Part shown: positions 18,097 to 27,927 of the stretch, one piece after another | How the letters are laid out: each line of letters opens with the position of its first letter | Position numbering within the stretch: position 1 is the stretch's first letter | From: Eubacteriales bacterium | Lineage (GTDB): Bacteria > Bacillota > Clostridia > Oscillospirales > CAG-272 | Reading direction: 5' to 3' | Assembly: GCA_045534435.1 (NCBI GenBank) | Contig: JAZSJS010000165.1 | Coordinates: forward strand, 1-45,232 | Length of the DNA stretch: 45,232 bases | Translations under genes and position numbers: made by a program | Notes under the pieces: generated by a model | Databases searched by the model: none | Told to the model about the DNA's origin: nothing | Seen by the model: only the letters and a program-made list of their open reading frames with translations

Positions 18097-19044
18097 ATGA
18101 AGATAACTTTTTTGGATGCGGCGACGCTGGGCGACGATATTTCCACGGATCTGTTTTCTGCGATCGGAGAGGTGGTCGTCTGGGACGGCACGCGCGCGGA
18201 GGAAGCGCACGATCACATTGGGGATTCGGACGTGGTGATCCTGAACAAGGTAAGGATCAATGCCGCCGTACTCGAGGAATGTCCGAGCCTGAAGCTGATC
18301 TGCATTACCGCCACGGGATATGACAACGTCGATCTTGAGGAATGTCGGCGGCGCGGGATTGCCGTTTGCAACGTGATTGGCTATTCCACACAAAGCGTCG
18401 CGCAGCTCACCGTTCTGATGGCGCTTTCTCTTTTGACGCATCTTGACGAGTATCAGAGCTACGTCCGCGACGGAAGCTATACGGCAAGCGGAATCGCCAA
18501 CCGATTGGTTCCTGTTTACAGTGAGATCTTCGGAAAAACCTGGGGAATCGTTGGATTTGGAAACATCGGACGGCAGGTGGAGCGTGTCGCATCTGCGTTG
18601 GGATGCCGAACGATCGTGCACAAAAGAACACCCACCGACGATGCTGCTTGTGTTGATTTTGATACCGTTTGCCGAGAATCGGATATTTTATCCTTTCACA
18701 CGCCACTCAATGACGGCACGCGTGGGATGCTGGACGAGGCGCATATTGCCATGCTCAAGCCGAACGCGATCGTCATCAACGTCGCGCGTGGCGCTGTGAC
18801 CGACGAGAGGGCACTGACCGATGCCGTGAAGGAGGGAAGGATCGGGGGGGTTGGGATCGACGTTTACAGCGCCGAGCCGCTGCCGTCGGATCATCCCTTC
18901 CAGGAGATCAAGCATCTTCCGAACGTTTGCCTGACTCCGCACATGGCTTGGGGGGCTTATGAAACGCGGATGCGTCTTTTGAAAGAGGTCCTTGCCAACA
19001 TCCATTCCTTCCTTGAAGGCGGCAAAAGAAATCGCTTGGTTTGA
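18097..19044 (+). CDS. D-isomer-specific 2-hydroxyacid dehydrogenase
   Basis: ATGYDNVD, GIVGFGNIG, HTPLN, INVARG, DVYSAEP, TPHMAW. Confidence 0.93.
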   Translation: MKITFLDAATLGDDISTDLFSAIGEVVVWDGTRAEEAHDHIGDSDVVILNKVRINAAVLEECPSLKLICITATGYDNVDLEECRRRGIAVCNVIGYSTQSVAQLTVLMALSLLTHLDEYQSYVRDGSYTASGIANRLVPVYSEIFGKTWGIVGFGNIGRQVERVASALGCRTIVHKRTPTDDAACVDFDTVCRESDILSFHTPLNDGTRGMLDEAHIAMLKPNAIVINVARGAVTDERALTDAVKEGRIGGVGIDVYSAEPLPSDHPFQEIKHLPNVCLTPHMAWGAYETRMRLLKEVLANIHSFLEGGKRNRLV

Positions 19045-19094
19045 GCCATTTTTGGTATATTTTCGGAAAAAACGAAAAAATCCCGATCTTTGTC

Positions 19095-19123
19095 TTGATT
19101 TTGGAAGATCGATATGATATAAT
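19095..19123 (+). promoter_or_regulatory. Sigma-A promoter
   Basis: TTGATT-17 bp-TATAAT with extended TG. Confidence 0.65.
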
Positions 19124-19156
19124 ATTATTTAGTTTGAATTGCTCGGAGGTGAAGCT

Positions 19157-20476
19157 GTGAAAGATCGCTCGTTGACCGCTACGAAAGACCTGATTTCCTT
19201 TATCGAAAAAAGTCCCACCGCGTTTCACGCCGTGGATTCCATCGCGGAAAAGCTGGAACAGAACGGCTTTCTCGCTTTGCATGAGGGTGATGCCTGGGAT
19301 CTGAAGGCGGGAGGGAAATATTACGTGACGCGCAACCGCTCGTCAATCATCGCGTTTCAACTTCCGTGCAATACCCCGCGCAATTTTTTGATTTCCGCTT
19401 CCCACACCGATTCGCCGGTGTTCAAGCTCAAGGAGACTTGTGAGTCGCTTGGCGGAAAGGATTACCTCCGCTTGAACGTCGAGCTGAGCGGAGGCGCGAT
19501 TCTGGCTTCTTGGCTGGACCGTCCGCTTTCGTTGGCGGGACGTGTGATTTTGAACGAAAACGGTAATTTTACGGCAAAAAACGTAAAATTTGACCGAGAT
19601 CTGCTTCTCATTCCCAATGTTGCGATCCATCAAAACCGCAAAATCAATTCGGAAATGTCGTTCAACGTGGCAAAGGATATGCTTCCCGTGCTTGCCTTGC
19701 AGGGCGAGCCGAGCACCACGGTTCGCGGCATTCTGTCCGAGGAGCTTTCCTGTGAGGAGTCGCAGATCGTCGGAATGGATCTCTATGCGGTTTGCAACCA
19801 ACGGGGCAGCATTTGGGGCGCGAACAACGAATTCTTCTCCGCACCTCGCATCGATGACCTGATGTGCGCGTACGGCACGCTGATGGGCTTCTGTGAAGCT
19901 TCTCCTGTGGCGCACACCGTGACGGTATATTTCTCAGCGGACAACGAGGAAACCGGAAGCGGCACCAAGCAGGGGGCAGGATCGGTCTTTTTGTCCGACG
20001 TTCTGGATCGCATTTGTGAGGCGACGGGCGCTGACAAGCGCCAAATGCTGGCATCCTCGATGATGGTTTCGGCAGACAATGCGCATGCCGTCCATCCCAA
20101 CTATCCCGAGCTGAGTGACGAAAGCAACGCACCGCACCTCAACCGTGGTGTGGTGATCAAGGCAAACGCAACGCAAAAATATACCACAGACGGCTTTTCT
20201 GCTGCACTCTTCAAGGAGATCTGCCGCCGCGCAGACGTTCCCGTGCAGCATTTCTTCAACCGAAGCGATATGCCCGGCGGATCAACACTTGGCAACATTT
20301 CCAATACCCACGTTCCGCTGTGCACCGTTGACATCGGCGTGGCGCAGCTTGCGATGCATTCGGCATACGAGAGCGCGGGAACCGATGACGTTGCGTATCT
20401 GATTCGTGCCATGAAGGAATTTTACAGCGTTGAGCTGACGAGTGACCGAGACGGTGTATATCGGCTGGAAACCTGA
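19157..20476 (+). CDS. M18-family aminopeptidase
   Basis: SPTAFHAV, HTDSP, RIDD, DNEETGS, SADNAHAVHPN, GGSTLG, AMHS; GTG start after SD GGAGGTG. Confidence 0.93.
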   Translation: MKDRSLTATKDLISFIEKSPTAFHAVDSIAEKLEQNGFLALHEGDAWDLKAGGKYYVTRNRSSIIAFQLPCNTPRNFLISASHTDSPVFKLKETCESLGGKDYLRLNVELSGGAILASWLDRPLSLAGRVILNENGNFTAKNVKFDRDLLLIPNVAIHQNRKINSEMSFNVAKDMLPVLALQGEPSTTVRGILSEELSCEESQIVGMDLYAVCNQRGSIWGANNEFFSAPRIDDLMCAYGTLMGFCEASPVAHTVTVYFSADNEETGSGTKQGAGSVFLSDVLDRICEATGADKRQMLASSMMVSADNAHAVHPNYPELSDESNAPHLNRGVVIKANATQKYTTDGFSAALFKEICRRADVPVQHFFNRSDMPGGSTLGNISNTHVPLCTVDIGVAQLAMHSAYESAGTDDVAYLIRAMKEFYSVELTSDRDGVYRLET

Positions 20477-20503
20477 CTATTGAACGGAAAAGGGAGATAA
20501 GCA

Positions 20504-21991
20504 ATGTATAAACAGGGCTTTGACAATGAAAAATATATCGAGATGCAATCGGCGCATATCCGTGAGTGCATCGCACAGTTTGGCGGCAAGCTTTATCTGG
20601 AGTTTGGCGGCAAGCTCTTTGACGATTATCATGCCGCAAGGGTTCTGCCCGGCTTTTCGCCTGACAGTAAGATCCGCATGCTGATCCAGCTCAAGGATCA
20701 GGCCGAGATCGTGATTGTCATCAATGCAAACGATATTGAAAAGAACAAGGTGCGCGGAGACCTGGGAATTACGTATGATCTGGATACGCTTCGCCTGATC
20801 GATGCCTTCCGCAGCTTCGGACTCTACGTCGGAAGCGTTGTTCTGTCGCGTTGGCAGGATCAGCCCGCGGCGCTCAAGTTCCAGAAGAGACTGGAATCCT
20901 TGGGAGTCCGCGTCTACCGTCATTACACGATCCCCGGCTATCCCGCGGATATTGATTACATCGTGAGTGACGAGGGATACGGAAGAAACGATTATATTGA
21001 GACCTCTCGCTCACTCGTCGTGATGACCGCTCCCGGCCCGGGAAGCGGAAAAATGGCGGCTTGCCTGAGTCAGATCTATCACGAGCACAAGCGGGGAATC
21101 CAATCTGGATATGCCAAGTTTGAGACCTTCCCGATCTGGAATCTGCCCCTGAAGCATCCCGTCAACATTGCCTACGAGGCGGCAACCGCCGATCTCAACG
21201 ACATGAACATGATCGATCCCTTTCATTTGGAGGCCTACGGACAGACCACCGTCAACTACAATCGCGACGTTGAGATCTTTCCCGTGCTGAATGCCATGTT
21301 CCAAAGGATCCATGGCGCATCTCCTTATAAGTCTCCCACGGATATGGGCGTCAACATGGCGGGCAACTGCATTGACGATGACGAGGCGGTCTGTGCCGCC
21401 GCAAAAATGGAGATTGTCAGACGCTATTATACGGCGCTTTCCAATCAAAGAAAGGGAAGTGGAGATGCGAGAGACGTTGAGAAGCTGAAGCTGATCATGC
21501 AATCTGCGGGAATCGACGTGGAATTTCGACGGGTGGTTGACGTCGCCAGAAAGAAGGCTGAGGCGACGGGAAAGCCCGCTGTCGCGCTTGAGCTGGCAGA
21601 CGGCAGGATCGTGACGGGAAAAACCTCGCGACTTCTGGGCGCAACCTCCGCGGCGATCCTGAATGCACTGAAAACGCTTGCCGAAATCGACGACCGCATC
21701 AATTTGATCTCTCCCGAAATTCTGGAGCCGATCACGAATCTCAAGGTCGGAACCTTCGGAAGCAAGAATCCGCGCCTGCATCCCAACGAGCTTTTGATCG
21801 CACTGTCGATCTGCGCGGTGAGTGATCCGATCGCGGCCAAGGCGTGCGAGCAGCTTCCCAAGCTGCGTCATTGCGAGATGCATTCCTCGGTCATTTTGTC
21901 GGAAAATGATGAAAACACCATGAAAAAGCTCGGCGTTCACATGACCTGCGAGCCTTGCTATGAAAGCAAGCGGCTCTATCACGGCTGCTGA
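20504..21991 (+). CDS. DUF1846 / UPF0371 protein
   Basis: LYLEFGGKLFDDYHAARVLPGF, TAPGPGSGK, YAKFETFPIWN, SPTDMGVNM. Confidence 0.92.
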   Translation: MYKQGFDNEKYIEMQSAHIRECIAQFGGKLYLEFGGKLFDDYHAARVLPGFSPDSKIRMLIQLKDQAEIVIVINANDIEKNKVRGDLGITYDLDTLRLIDAFRSFGLYVGSVVLSRWQDQPAALKFQKRLESLGVRVYRHYTIPGYPADIDYIVSDEGYGRNDYIETSRSLVVMTAPGPGSGKMAACLSQIYHEHKRGIQSGYAKFETFPIWNLPLKHPVNIAYEAATADLNDMNMIDPFHLEAYGQTTVNYNRDVEIFPVLNAMFQRIHGASPYKSPTDMGVNMAGNCIDDDEAVCAAAKMEIVRRYYTALSNQRKGSGDARDVEKLKLIMQSAGIDVEFRRVVDVARKKAEATGKPAVALELADGRIVTGKTSRLLGATSAAILNALKTLAEIDDRINLISPEILEPITNLKVGTFGSKNPRLHPNELLIALSICAVSDPIAAKACEQLPKLRHCEMHSSVILSENDENTMKKLGVHMTCEPCYESKRLYHGC

Positions 21992-22017
21992 CCGTTGAAG
22001 GGAGGCGGAAGCACGGA

Positions 22018-23121
22018 ATGGGAACCCTGTTCGATTATCTGAAGTGGCGCGGAGATCTGACGTTTCGGGAGGCTCCGATGAATGAGGTCGACAGTCTGAT
22101 CTTTTCTTTGCTGTCCTATCTGGACCTGAAGGGAATCGTTCCCGAATCCCACGGGGAATCGGGTGTCCCCATCCGATCGGCGGCAAACACCTTTTTTGCA
22201 AAAAATCCCGATCCCAAGAAGATTTCCATGGGACTGATCGTACCCAAGGAGATCATCACACTGTTTCGTGCCGTCAAGGGGACACGGCGCTTTCGCACCG
22301 TTGAGATGCGCGCGCACGTCAATAAGATCGATCAAAAAAAGGAGATGCAGTTCTCGGCAACCACCTTTCTTCCCGGCGACGGCACGATGCTGATTGCCTA
22401 TCGCGGAACCGACGATACGTTGGTCGGCTGGAAAGAGAATTTCAACATGAGCTTTCTGGAGGTCGTTCCCGCACAGCTTGCGGCCACGGCATATCTGGAA
22501 GCTGCTGCGGAGTCGTTTGATGGGAATATTCTTTTGAGCGGACACAGCAAGGGTGGAAATCTTGCCGTTTTTGCGGCGGTCAACTGCGCAAAGGAAACCA
22601 AAAAGCGACTGACGCGTGTTTGGAGTAACGACGGCCCCGGATTTGGTGCGGGGATGCTCAACCGTCCCGAATATCTGGAAATGCGCCCGATCATCAAGTC
22701 ACTCGTTCCGCAATCCTCTGTGGTGGGAATGCTATTGGAGCATGACGAAAACTACACGGTCGTCAAAAGCCGTCAGGCGGGTCTCTTTCAGCATGACGGA
22801 CTGTCGTGGAACGTGATGGGCGGCTCGTTTGTCCATTTGGAGAACGTGACGGGCGGATGCAAGCGATTGGACAAGACGCTGAACGAATGGATCCAAGCCA
22901 TGACGCCGGAGCAACGCGAGCAATTTGTTGAATCGGTTTACGCAATTTTGTCGGCAGACAATGCGCTGACTCTGACCGATCTGGTCTCTGTCGCAAGACT
23001 CAAAAAGAACCGCCAGCTCGATCCGCACGTCTATGAAACCGTGAAAAAAACGATCGGATCCCTCTTGGAGATGAACACCAAGAATCTGTTGGACGGACTC
23101 TTTCAAAAGAAGAAACCATGA
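22018..23121 (+). CDS. DUF2974 (Mbeg1-like) alpha/beta hydrolase
   Basis: DYLKWRGD, QFSA, YRGTDDTLVGWKE, GHSKGGNLA, DGPGF, QHD. Confidence 0.9.
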   Translation: MGTLFDYLKWRGDLTFREAPMNEVDSLIFSLLSYLDLKGIVPESHGESGVPIRSAANTFFAKNPDPKKISMGLIVPKEIITLFRAVKGTRRFRTVEMRAHVNKIDQKKEMQFSATTFLPGDGTMLIAYRGTDDTLVGWKENFNMSFLEVVPAQLAATAYLEAAAESFDGNILLSGHSKGGNLAVFAAVNCAKETKKRLTRVWSNDGPGFGAGMLNRPEYLEMRPIIKSLVPQSSVVGMLLEHDENYTVVKSRQAGLFQHDGLSWNVMGGSFVHLENVTGGCKRLDKTLNEWIQAMTPEQREQFVESVYAILSADNALTLTDLVSVARLKKNRQLDPHVYETVKKTIGSLLEMNTKNLLDGLFQKKKP

Positions 23122-23154
23122 AACAAGGCGTCATCGAGCGATGACGCCTTGTTT
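23121..23154. terminator. Bidirectional terminator
   Basis: AAACAAGGCGTCATCG / CGATGACGCCTTGTTT between convergent genes. Confidence 0.85.
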
Positions 23155-23946
23155 TTATTTCATTCGGTTCTGTCGGTAGATCTCAAACGCCAATACCGTC
23201 GCGGCAGATGCCGCCGAGAGAGAACCGCGAAATTCCCGTCCGTAATCAATGCGCACGATCTGATCGGCTTGATCCAGGATTTTGCGGGAAATACCGCGTT
23301 TTTCACCTCCGATGACCAGCAGAATGGGATAGGTGAAGCATCCGTCGAACACCGAGACCGAATCTCGGATCCCGGCACAGAGCACCCGATAGCCAACCGA
23401 TTTGAAAATCCCGAGCACCTCCTCGGCGGTTGCCGTGAACATGGGGATCAGCTCCGACGCACCCGCGGAGGAGCGCGCTACGACACCGGCGGCACTCATC
23501 CAATTGCGAGGCGGCAAGATCACGCCGTCCACACCTGCCGCATACAAGGAACGCAGGGTGTATCCGAAATTATAAGGGTCTTCAACACCCTCCAAAAAGA
23601 CGTAAAAACCGTCTGCCTTGATCTTCTCGGATGCAAGTGAGGGAATCGTCCGCTCTGTGCAAAAGGCGATGATGCCGCCGTGGGAATTGCCGACGCAAAG
23701 GGAATCGATCGACTCGCTGTCCACAAATTCCACGTCAAATCCCAGCTCGCGTGCCTTGGCGTTCAGAAAACCGATCTCCCGCGCCTTGCTTTCCCGCTTG
23801 TCGCGGTCGATCAGGATCCGTTCGATGCGACGGTCGTTCTCACACTGTGTGTTGAGAAGCGCCGAGATCGAGGTCATGCCCTCCAAAATGTTGGATGGGG
23901 AAAATTTTTCGCTTTCTTTTTGAATCATCATGCTGTTTCCATTCAT
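23155..23946 (-). CDS. TrmH/SpoU-family RNA 2'-O-methyltransferase (RlmB-like); start could be 23931
   Basis: HGGIIA, EDPYNFGYTLRS, SAGA, IGGEKRGI, SLSAASA. Confidence 0.9.
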   Translation of the reverse strand: MNGNSMMIQKESEKFSPSNILEGMTSISALLNTQCENDRRIERILIDRDKRESKAREIGFLNAKARELGFDVEFVDSESIDSLCVGNSHGGIIAFCTERTIPSLASEKIKADGFYVFLEGVEDPYNFGYTLRSLYAAGVDGVILPPRNWMSAAGVVARSSAGASELIPMFTATAEEVLGIFKSVGYRVLCAGIRDSVSVFDGCFTYPILLVIGGEKRGISRKILDQADQIVRIDYGREFRGSLSAASAATVLAFEIYRQNRMK

Positions 23947-23954
23947 ATTTTTAG

Positions 23955-23983
23955 TCTATTTTCGCTTGGATGCCGCATATAAT
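23955..23983 (+). promoter_or_regulatory. Putative sigma-E promoter of spoIIID
   Basis: TCTATTT-14 bp-CATATAAT resembles the sigma-E consensus; spoIIID is sigma-E dependent in Bacillus and Clostridium. Confidence 0.6.
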
Positions 23984-24022
23984 GATACCGAATATTCGGA
24001 AATGATCGGGGGATTCGGAATC

Positions 24023-24286
24023 ATGATGGTATCAGATTGGAACGGACGTGAGCGCTGCGTGATGCTGGGGGAATTCCTGGTGGAGAACCAGGCAACCGTT
24101 CGCTCGGCCGCGCGTGTGTTTGGCATCAGCAAAAGCACGGTACATAAGGACGTGACACAGGTTTTGAAGAACGTCAACAAATCACTTTACGAGGACGTGC
24201 AAAAGCTTTTATACAAGAACAAGCAGGAGCGCCATTTGCGCGGCGGGGAAGCCACGCGACTGAAATACAGCGAGCTGCATCAATAA
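24023..24286 (+). CDS. spoIIID: Sporulation transcriptional regulator SpoIIID
   Basis: ATVRSAARVFGISKSTVHKDVT and NKQERHLRGGEATRLKY signatures. Confidence 0.95.
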   Translation: MMVSDWNGRERCVMLGEFLVENQATVRSAARVFGISKSTVHKDVTQVLKNVNKSLYEDVQKLLYKNKQERHLRGGEATRLKYSELHQ

Positions 24287-24324
24287 GGCATCCGTCGCTC
24301 AGAGCCTCGCGCTTGTCAACTATG

Positions 24325-24354
24325 ATTATAACATATCCGTCCTGGATTCGTCAA
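24325..24354 (-). promoter_or_regulatory. Sigma-A promoter pointing antisense into spoIIID, towards the TrmH-family gene
   Basis: Minus-strand TTGACG-18 bp-TATAAT with extended TG. Confidence 0.65.
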
Positions 24355-24433
24355 GCAGTTTTTTGCTCAAGGGAAAGGAATTGCGGCAGGAAAGGACAAA
24401 ATGTTAAAAAAATGTAAATTGTGAAAATGCCAC

Positions 24434-24462
24434 TTGCAAAAAAAGAAAATGTATGTTATAAT
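24434..24462 (+). promoter_or_regulatory. Sigma-A promoter of rpsB-tsf
   Basis: TTGCAA-17 bp-TATAAT with extended TG. Confidence 0.8.
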
Positions 24463-24467
24463 TCAAT

Positions 24468-24610
24468 GTAATTGCGTCGCAAGAATCTTTCGAGCTTCGA
24501 AACGGCGCAAAATTTAAATCACACACACCGGACGAGCGTTGCATCGGTGCCGCAAAACGCGGTTTTGGCAATGCGTTGCGGTGGTGGAAAAACCGAAGGA
24601 GGACATTCAA
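24468..24610 (+). ncRNA. rpsB 5' leader (S2 autoregulatory / t44-like structure)
   Basis: Long structured 5'UTR with ACACACAC, GGTGCC and GTGGA elements recalled from rpsB leaders; boundaries approximate. Confidence 0.6.
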
Positions 24611-25354
24611 ATGTCTATTATCTCGATCAAGCAGTTGCTTGAAGCAGGTGTTCATTTCGGACACCACACCAGAAGATGGAACCCCAAAATGCAGGAGTAC
24701 ATTTTCACGGAAAGAAATGGAATCTATATCATCGATCTCCAGAAAACCGTGAAGAAGTTCGACGAGGCTTACAACTTTGTTCGTGAGCTTTCCGAGAACA
24801 ACGGTACCGTCCTGTTCGTGGGAACCAAGAAGCAGGCCGCAGAGGCAATCAAGGAAGAGGCTGTCCGTTGCGGAATGTACTACGTCAACGTTCGTTGGCC
24901 CGGCGGTATGATGACCAACTTCAAGACCATCAAGAGATCCATCAACCGTCTGAACAACCTCTACAAGATGCAGGAGGACGGAACCTTCGATCTGCTTCCC
25001 AAGAAGGAAGTTGCCGCTATGCAGAAGGAGATCTTCGATCTCGAGAAGAGCTACGGCGGTATCCAGACGATGGCAAGACTGCCCGATGCAGTGTACCTCG
25101 TTGACCCCAAAAAGGAAAGAAACGCAGTTCTCGAGGCAAAGAAGCTCGGCATTCCGGTCATCGCAATCGTTGACACCAACTGCGATCCCGACGATGCAGA
25201 TTATATCATCCCCGGTAACGACGACGCAATCCGTGCCATCAAGCTGATCTCTTCGGCTCTGGCAGATGCAGTCATCGAGGGCAAGCAGGGCGAGGCAGGC
25301 GCAGCAGAGGCTGAGGCTGCAGAGGAGCCCGCAGCAGAAACCGACGCAGAGTAA
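24611..25354 (+). CDS. rpsB: 30S ribosomal protein S2
   Basis: [37 protein letters not shown]. Confidence 0.99.
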   Translation: MSIISIKQLLEAGVHFGHHTRRWNPKMQEYIFTERNGIYIIDLQKTVKKFDEAYNFVRELSENNGTVLFVGTKKQAAEAIKEEAVRCGMYYVNVRWPGGMMTNFKTIKRSINRLNNLYKMQEDGTFDLLPKKEVAAMQKEIFDLEKSYGGIQTMARLPDAVYLVDPKKERNAVLEAKKLGIPVIAIVDTNCDPDDADYIIPGNDDAIRAIKLISSALADAVIEGKQGEAGAAEAEAAEEPAAETDAE

Positions 25355-25380
25355 TTCAACACTCGGAAAGGGACGAAAAA

Positions 25381-26304
25381 ATGGCAAATATTACAGCAAA
25401 AGACGTAGCAGCTCTCCGCGCAAAGACCGGTATCGGTATGATGGAGTGCAAGAAGGCCCTGGTTGAGGCTGAGGGCGATATGGACGCAGCAATCAAGATT
25501 CTTCGTGAGAAGGGCGAGTTGAAGGCTGAATCCAAGATGGCATCCAGAATTGCAGCTGACGGCGTTGTTGAGATCCTGAAGGACGGCAACAGCACCGCAA
25601 TGATCGAGGTGAACTCCGAGACCGACTTCGTTGCAAAGAACGAAAGCTTCAAGGAATTCGTCGGAGATCTTCTCAAGATCATCATCGCACAGAAGCCCGC
25701 AAACGTTGAGGCTCTGATGGCTTGCAAGTTCAACGATGAGATGACCGTTGAAGAGAAGACCAAGGAAATGATCTTCAAGATCGGTGAGAAGCTCACCGTT
25801 CGCCGCTTTGTTGTCGTTGAGGGCGTCACCAGCACCTATATCCACGGCACCGGCTCGATCGGCGTTATCGCAAAGTTCGAGACCAACGTTGCAGACAAGG
25901 CTGAGTTCGCAGCATTCGCAAAGAACATCGCTCTGCAGATCGGTGCATATCCCACTCCCTACCTCAACCGTGAGCAGGTTCCCGCTTCGGTTATCGAAGA
26001 GGAGAAGAGCATTCTGTTGGCACAGATCGCAAACGATCCCGCAAACGCAAAGAAGCCCGATGCAATCAAGGAGAAGATGGTTATGGGTAGAATTTCCAAG
26101 TTCTACGATAACAACTGCCTGGTTGACATGACCTACGTCAAGGACGAGGACATGAAGGTCGGTCAGTACGTCAAGGCTACCGCAAAGGAGCTTGGCGGCG
26201 AGATCGAGATCGTCGACTTCTACCGTTTCGAGAAGGGCGAAGGCATTCAGAAGAGAGAAGAGAACTTTGCCGAGGAAATCGCAAAGATGACCGCAGGCAA
26301 GTAA
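25381..26304 (+). CDS. tsf: Elongation factor Ts
   Basis: LRAKTGIGMMECKKAL, EVNSETDFVAKN, RFEKGEGI. Confidence 0.99.
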   Translation: MANITAKDVAALRAKTGIGMMECKKALVEAEGDMDAAIKILREKGELKAESKMASRIAADGVVEILKDGNSTAMIEVNSETDFVAKNESFKEFVGDLLKIIIAQKPANVEALMACKFNDEMTVEEKTKEMIFKIGEKLTVRRFVVVEGVTSTYIHGTGSIGVIAKFETNVADKAEFAAFAKNIALQIGAYPTPYLNREQVPASVIEEEKSILLAQIANDPANAKKPDAIKEKMVMGRISKFYDNNCLVDMTYVKDEDMKVGQYVKATAKELGGEIEIVDFYRFEKGEGIQKREENFAEEIAKMTAGK

Positions 26305-26327
26305 TTGCTTCAACAAATGAAAAAATC

Positions 26328-26370
26328 GAACGCAGAGAGGAAGAATTTCTTCTCTGCGTTCTTTTTCTTT
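26328..26370 (+). terminator. Rho-independent terminator after tsf
   Basis: GAACGCAGAGA / TCTCTGCGTTC stem plus TTTTTCTTT. Confidence 0.85.
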
Positions 26371-26502
26371 CTCGCAAAGTCGGTTTTTTGAGAAATTTTT
26401 TGTAAGGATTTGATTTATTTACAAAAAAGGTGTTTACAAAATTCAATTTTTGTAGTAAAATAAATAGGAATAAACTGTAACATCGGCAGAGGAGAACATT
26501 CT

Positions 26503-27216
26503 ATGAAAACACCACGCTACAAAAGAATTTTATTGAAGCTTTCCGGAGAGGCTCTGGCACCCGAAAACGGCGGAAGCATTCTTGATTTTGACTTCATCGC
26601 AATGGTTGCCAAGCAGGTCAAGCGCTGCGTGGACGCAGGCGTACAGGTTGGCGTCATCGTCGGCGCGGGCAACATTTGGCGCGGAAGACAGGGAACCGGC
26701 ATGGACCGTTGCAGAGCCGACCACATGGGAATGCTGGCAACCGCGATCAATTCGATTGCCCTGCAGGACGTGTTTCTTCGCGAGGGCATGAATGCAGTTG
26801 TCATGACTGCCGTGGAAATGAACGCTTATGCCGATCATTACAATTCCCGTGATGCGATCAAGGCGCTCGAGGAAGGAAAGGTCGTTATTTTCGGCTGCGG
26901 CTTGGGAACGCCTTTCTTTTCGACCGATACGGCAGCCGTGCTTCGCGCCGCCGAGATCAACGCAGACTGCATCCTGATGGCAAAGAATATTGACGCGATT
27001 TACAGCGACGATCCCAAGCGCAATCCCGACGCGGTGCGTTACTCGGAGATCACATACCGTCAGATCCTCGACGAAAATCTGCGCGCACTTGATATGACAT
27101 CCGCGATCTTCTGCATGGACAACGACATCAGTGGCTATGCGTTCGGGCTTGCCGATCCCGAAAACATCTATCGCGTGGTCATGGGAGAATCGGTCGGCAC
27201 CGAGATCCACAACTGA
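26503..27216 (+). CDS. pyrH: UMP kinase
   Basis: LLKLSGEAL, GAGNIWRG, ADHMGMLAT, PFFSTDTAA. Confidence 0.98.
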   Translation: MKTPRYKRILLKLSGEALAPENGGSILDFDFIAMVAKQVKRCVDAGVQVGVIVGAGNIWRGRQGTGMDRCRADHMGMLATAINSIALQDVFLREGMNAVVMTAVEMNAYADHYNSRDAIKALEEGKVVIFGCGLGTPFFSTDTAAVLRAAEINADCILMAKNIDAIYSDDPKRNPDAVRYSEITYRQILDENLRALDMTSAIFCMDNDISGYAFGLADPENIYRVVMGESVGTEIHN

Positions 27217-27280
27217 AATTTATTATAACAAATACATAGAGAAAGGATCGCCGTCAAGCGTTTGGCGGCAGGGAACAATC

Positions 27281-27835
27281 ATGAAGTACAACACCAAGGG
27301 CACAGAAGAGAAAATGCAAAAAAGCGTAGCCGCTTACGAAAGCAATCTTTCCACGATCCGCGCAAGCCAGGCAAACGGCTCGGTCGTTTCCAAAGTTACG
27401 TTTGAATATTACGGCGCTGCAACCAAGCTGGTTGACATGGCGTCGGTGGCAGTCACCGATCCCAAGACCTTGACGATCACGCCTTACGACCGTTCCACGC
27501 TCAAGGCAATGGTCAAGGCTTTGCAGGCATCCGACATTGGCATCACGCCTCAGGATGACGGCTCCGTGATCCGTCTCGTTTTCCCACCTCTGACCGAGGA
27601 GCACCGCAAGGGCTTGGCAAAGCAGATCCAAAAGATGGGCGAGGAGGCGCGCGTGGCGATCCGCAATATTCGCCGCGATGCAAACGACGACATCAAGAAG
27701 CAGAAAAAGAACGGTGAGATGACCGAGGACGAGCAGAAGGCAAGCGAGAAATCGGTTCAGGATCTGACCGACCGCTATATCAAAACGGTTGACGAAATTA
27801 CCTCCAAGAAGGAAAAAGAAATTTTGCAGCTGTGA
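27281..27835 (+). CDS. frr: Ribosome recycling factor
   Basis: EYYG, PPLTEEHRK, ARVAIRNIRRDAND, KKEKEIL; position after pyrH. Confidence 0.97.
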   Translation: MKYNTKGTEEKMQKSVAAYESNLSTIRASQANGSVVSKVTFEYYGAATKLVDMASVAVTDPKTLTITPYDRSTLKAMVKALQASDIGITPQDDGSVIRLVFPPLTEEHRKGLAKQIQKMGEEARVAIRNIRRDANDDIKKQKKNGEMTEDEQKASEKSVQDLTDRYIKTVDEITSKKEKEILQL

Positions 27836-27927
27836 TTTTTTAGCGTTCACCGAACTTTCGGAGTTTTTTGAAAAAATCCGCCAAATTCTTAACAAAGAGA
27901 GATGCCCGTGGGCAGAATGGAGAAACA

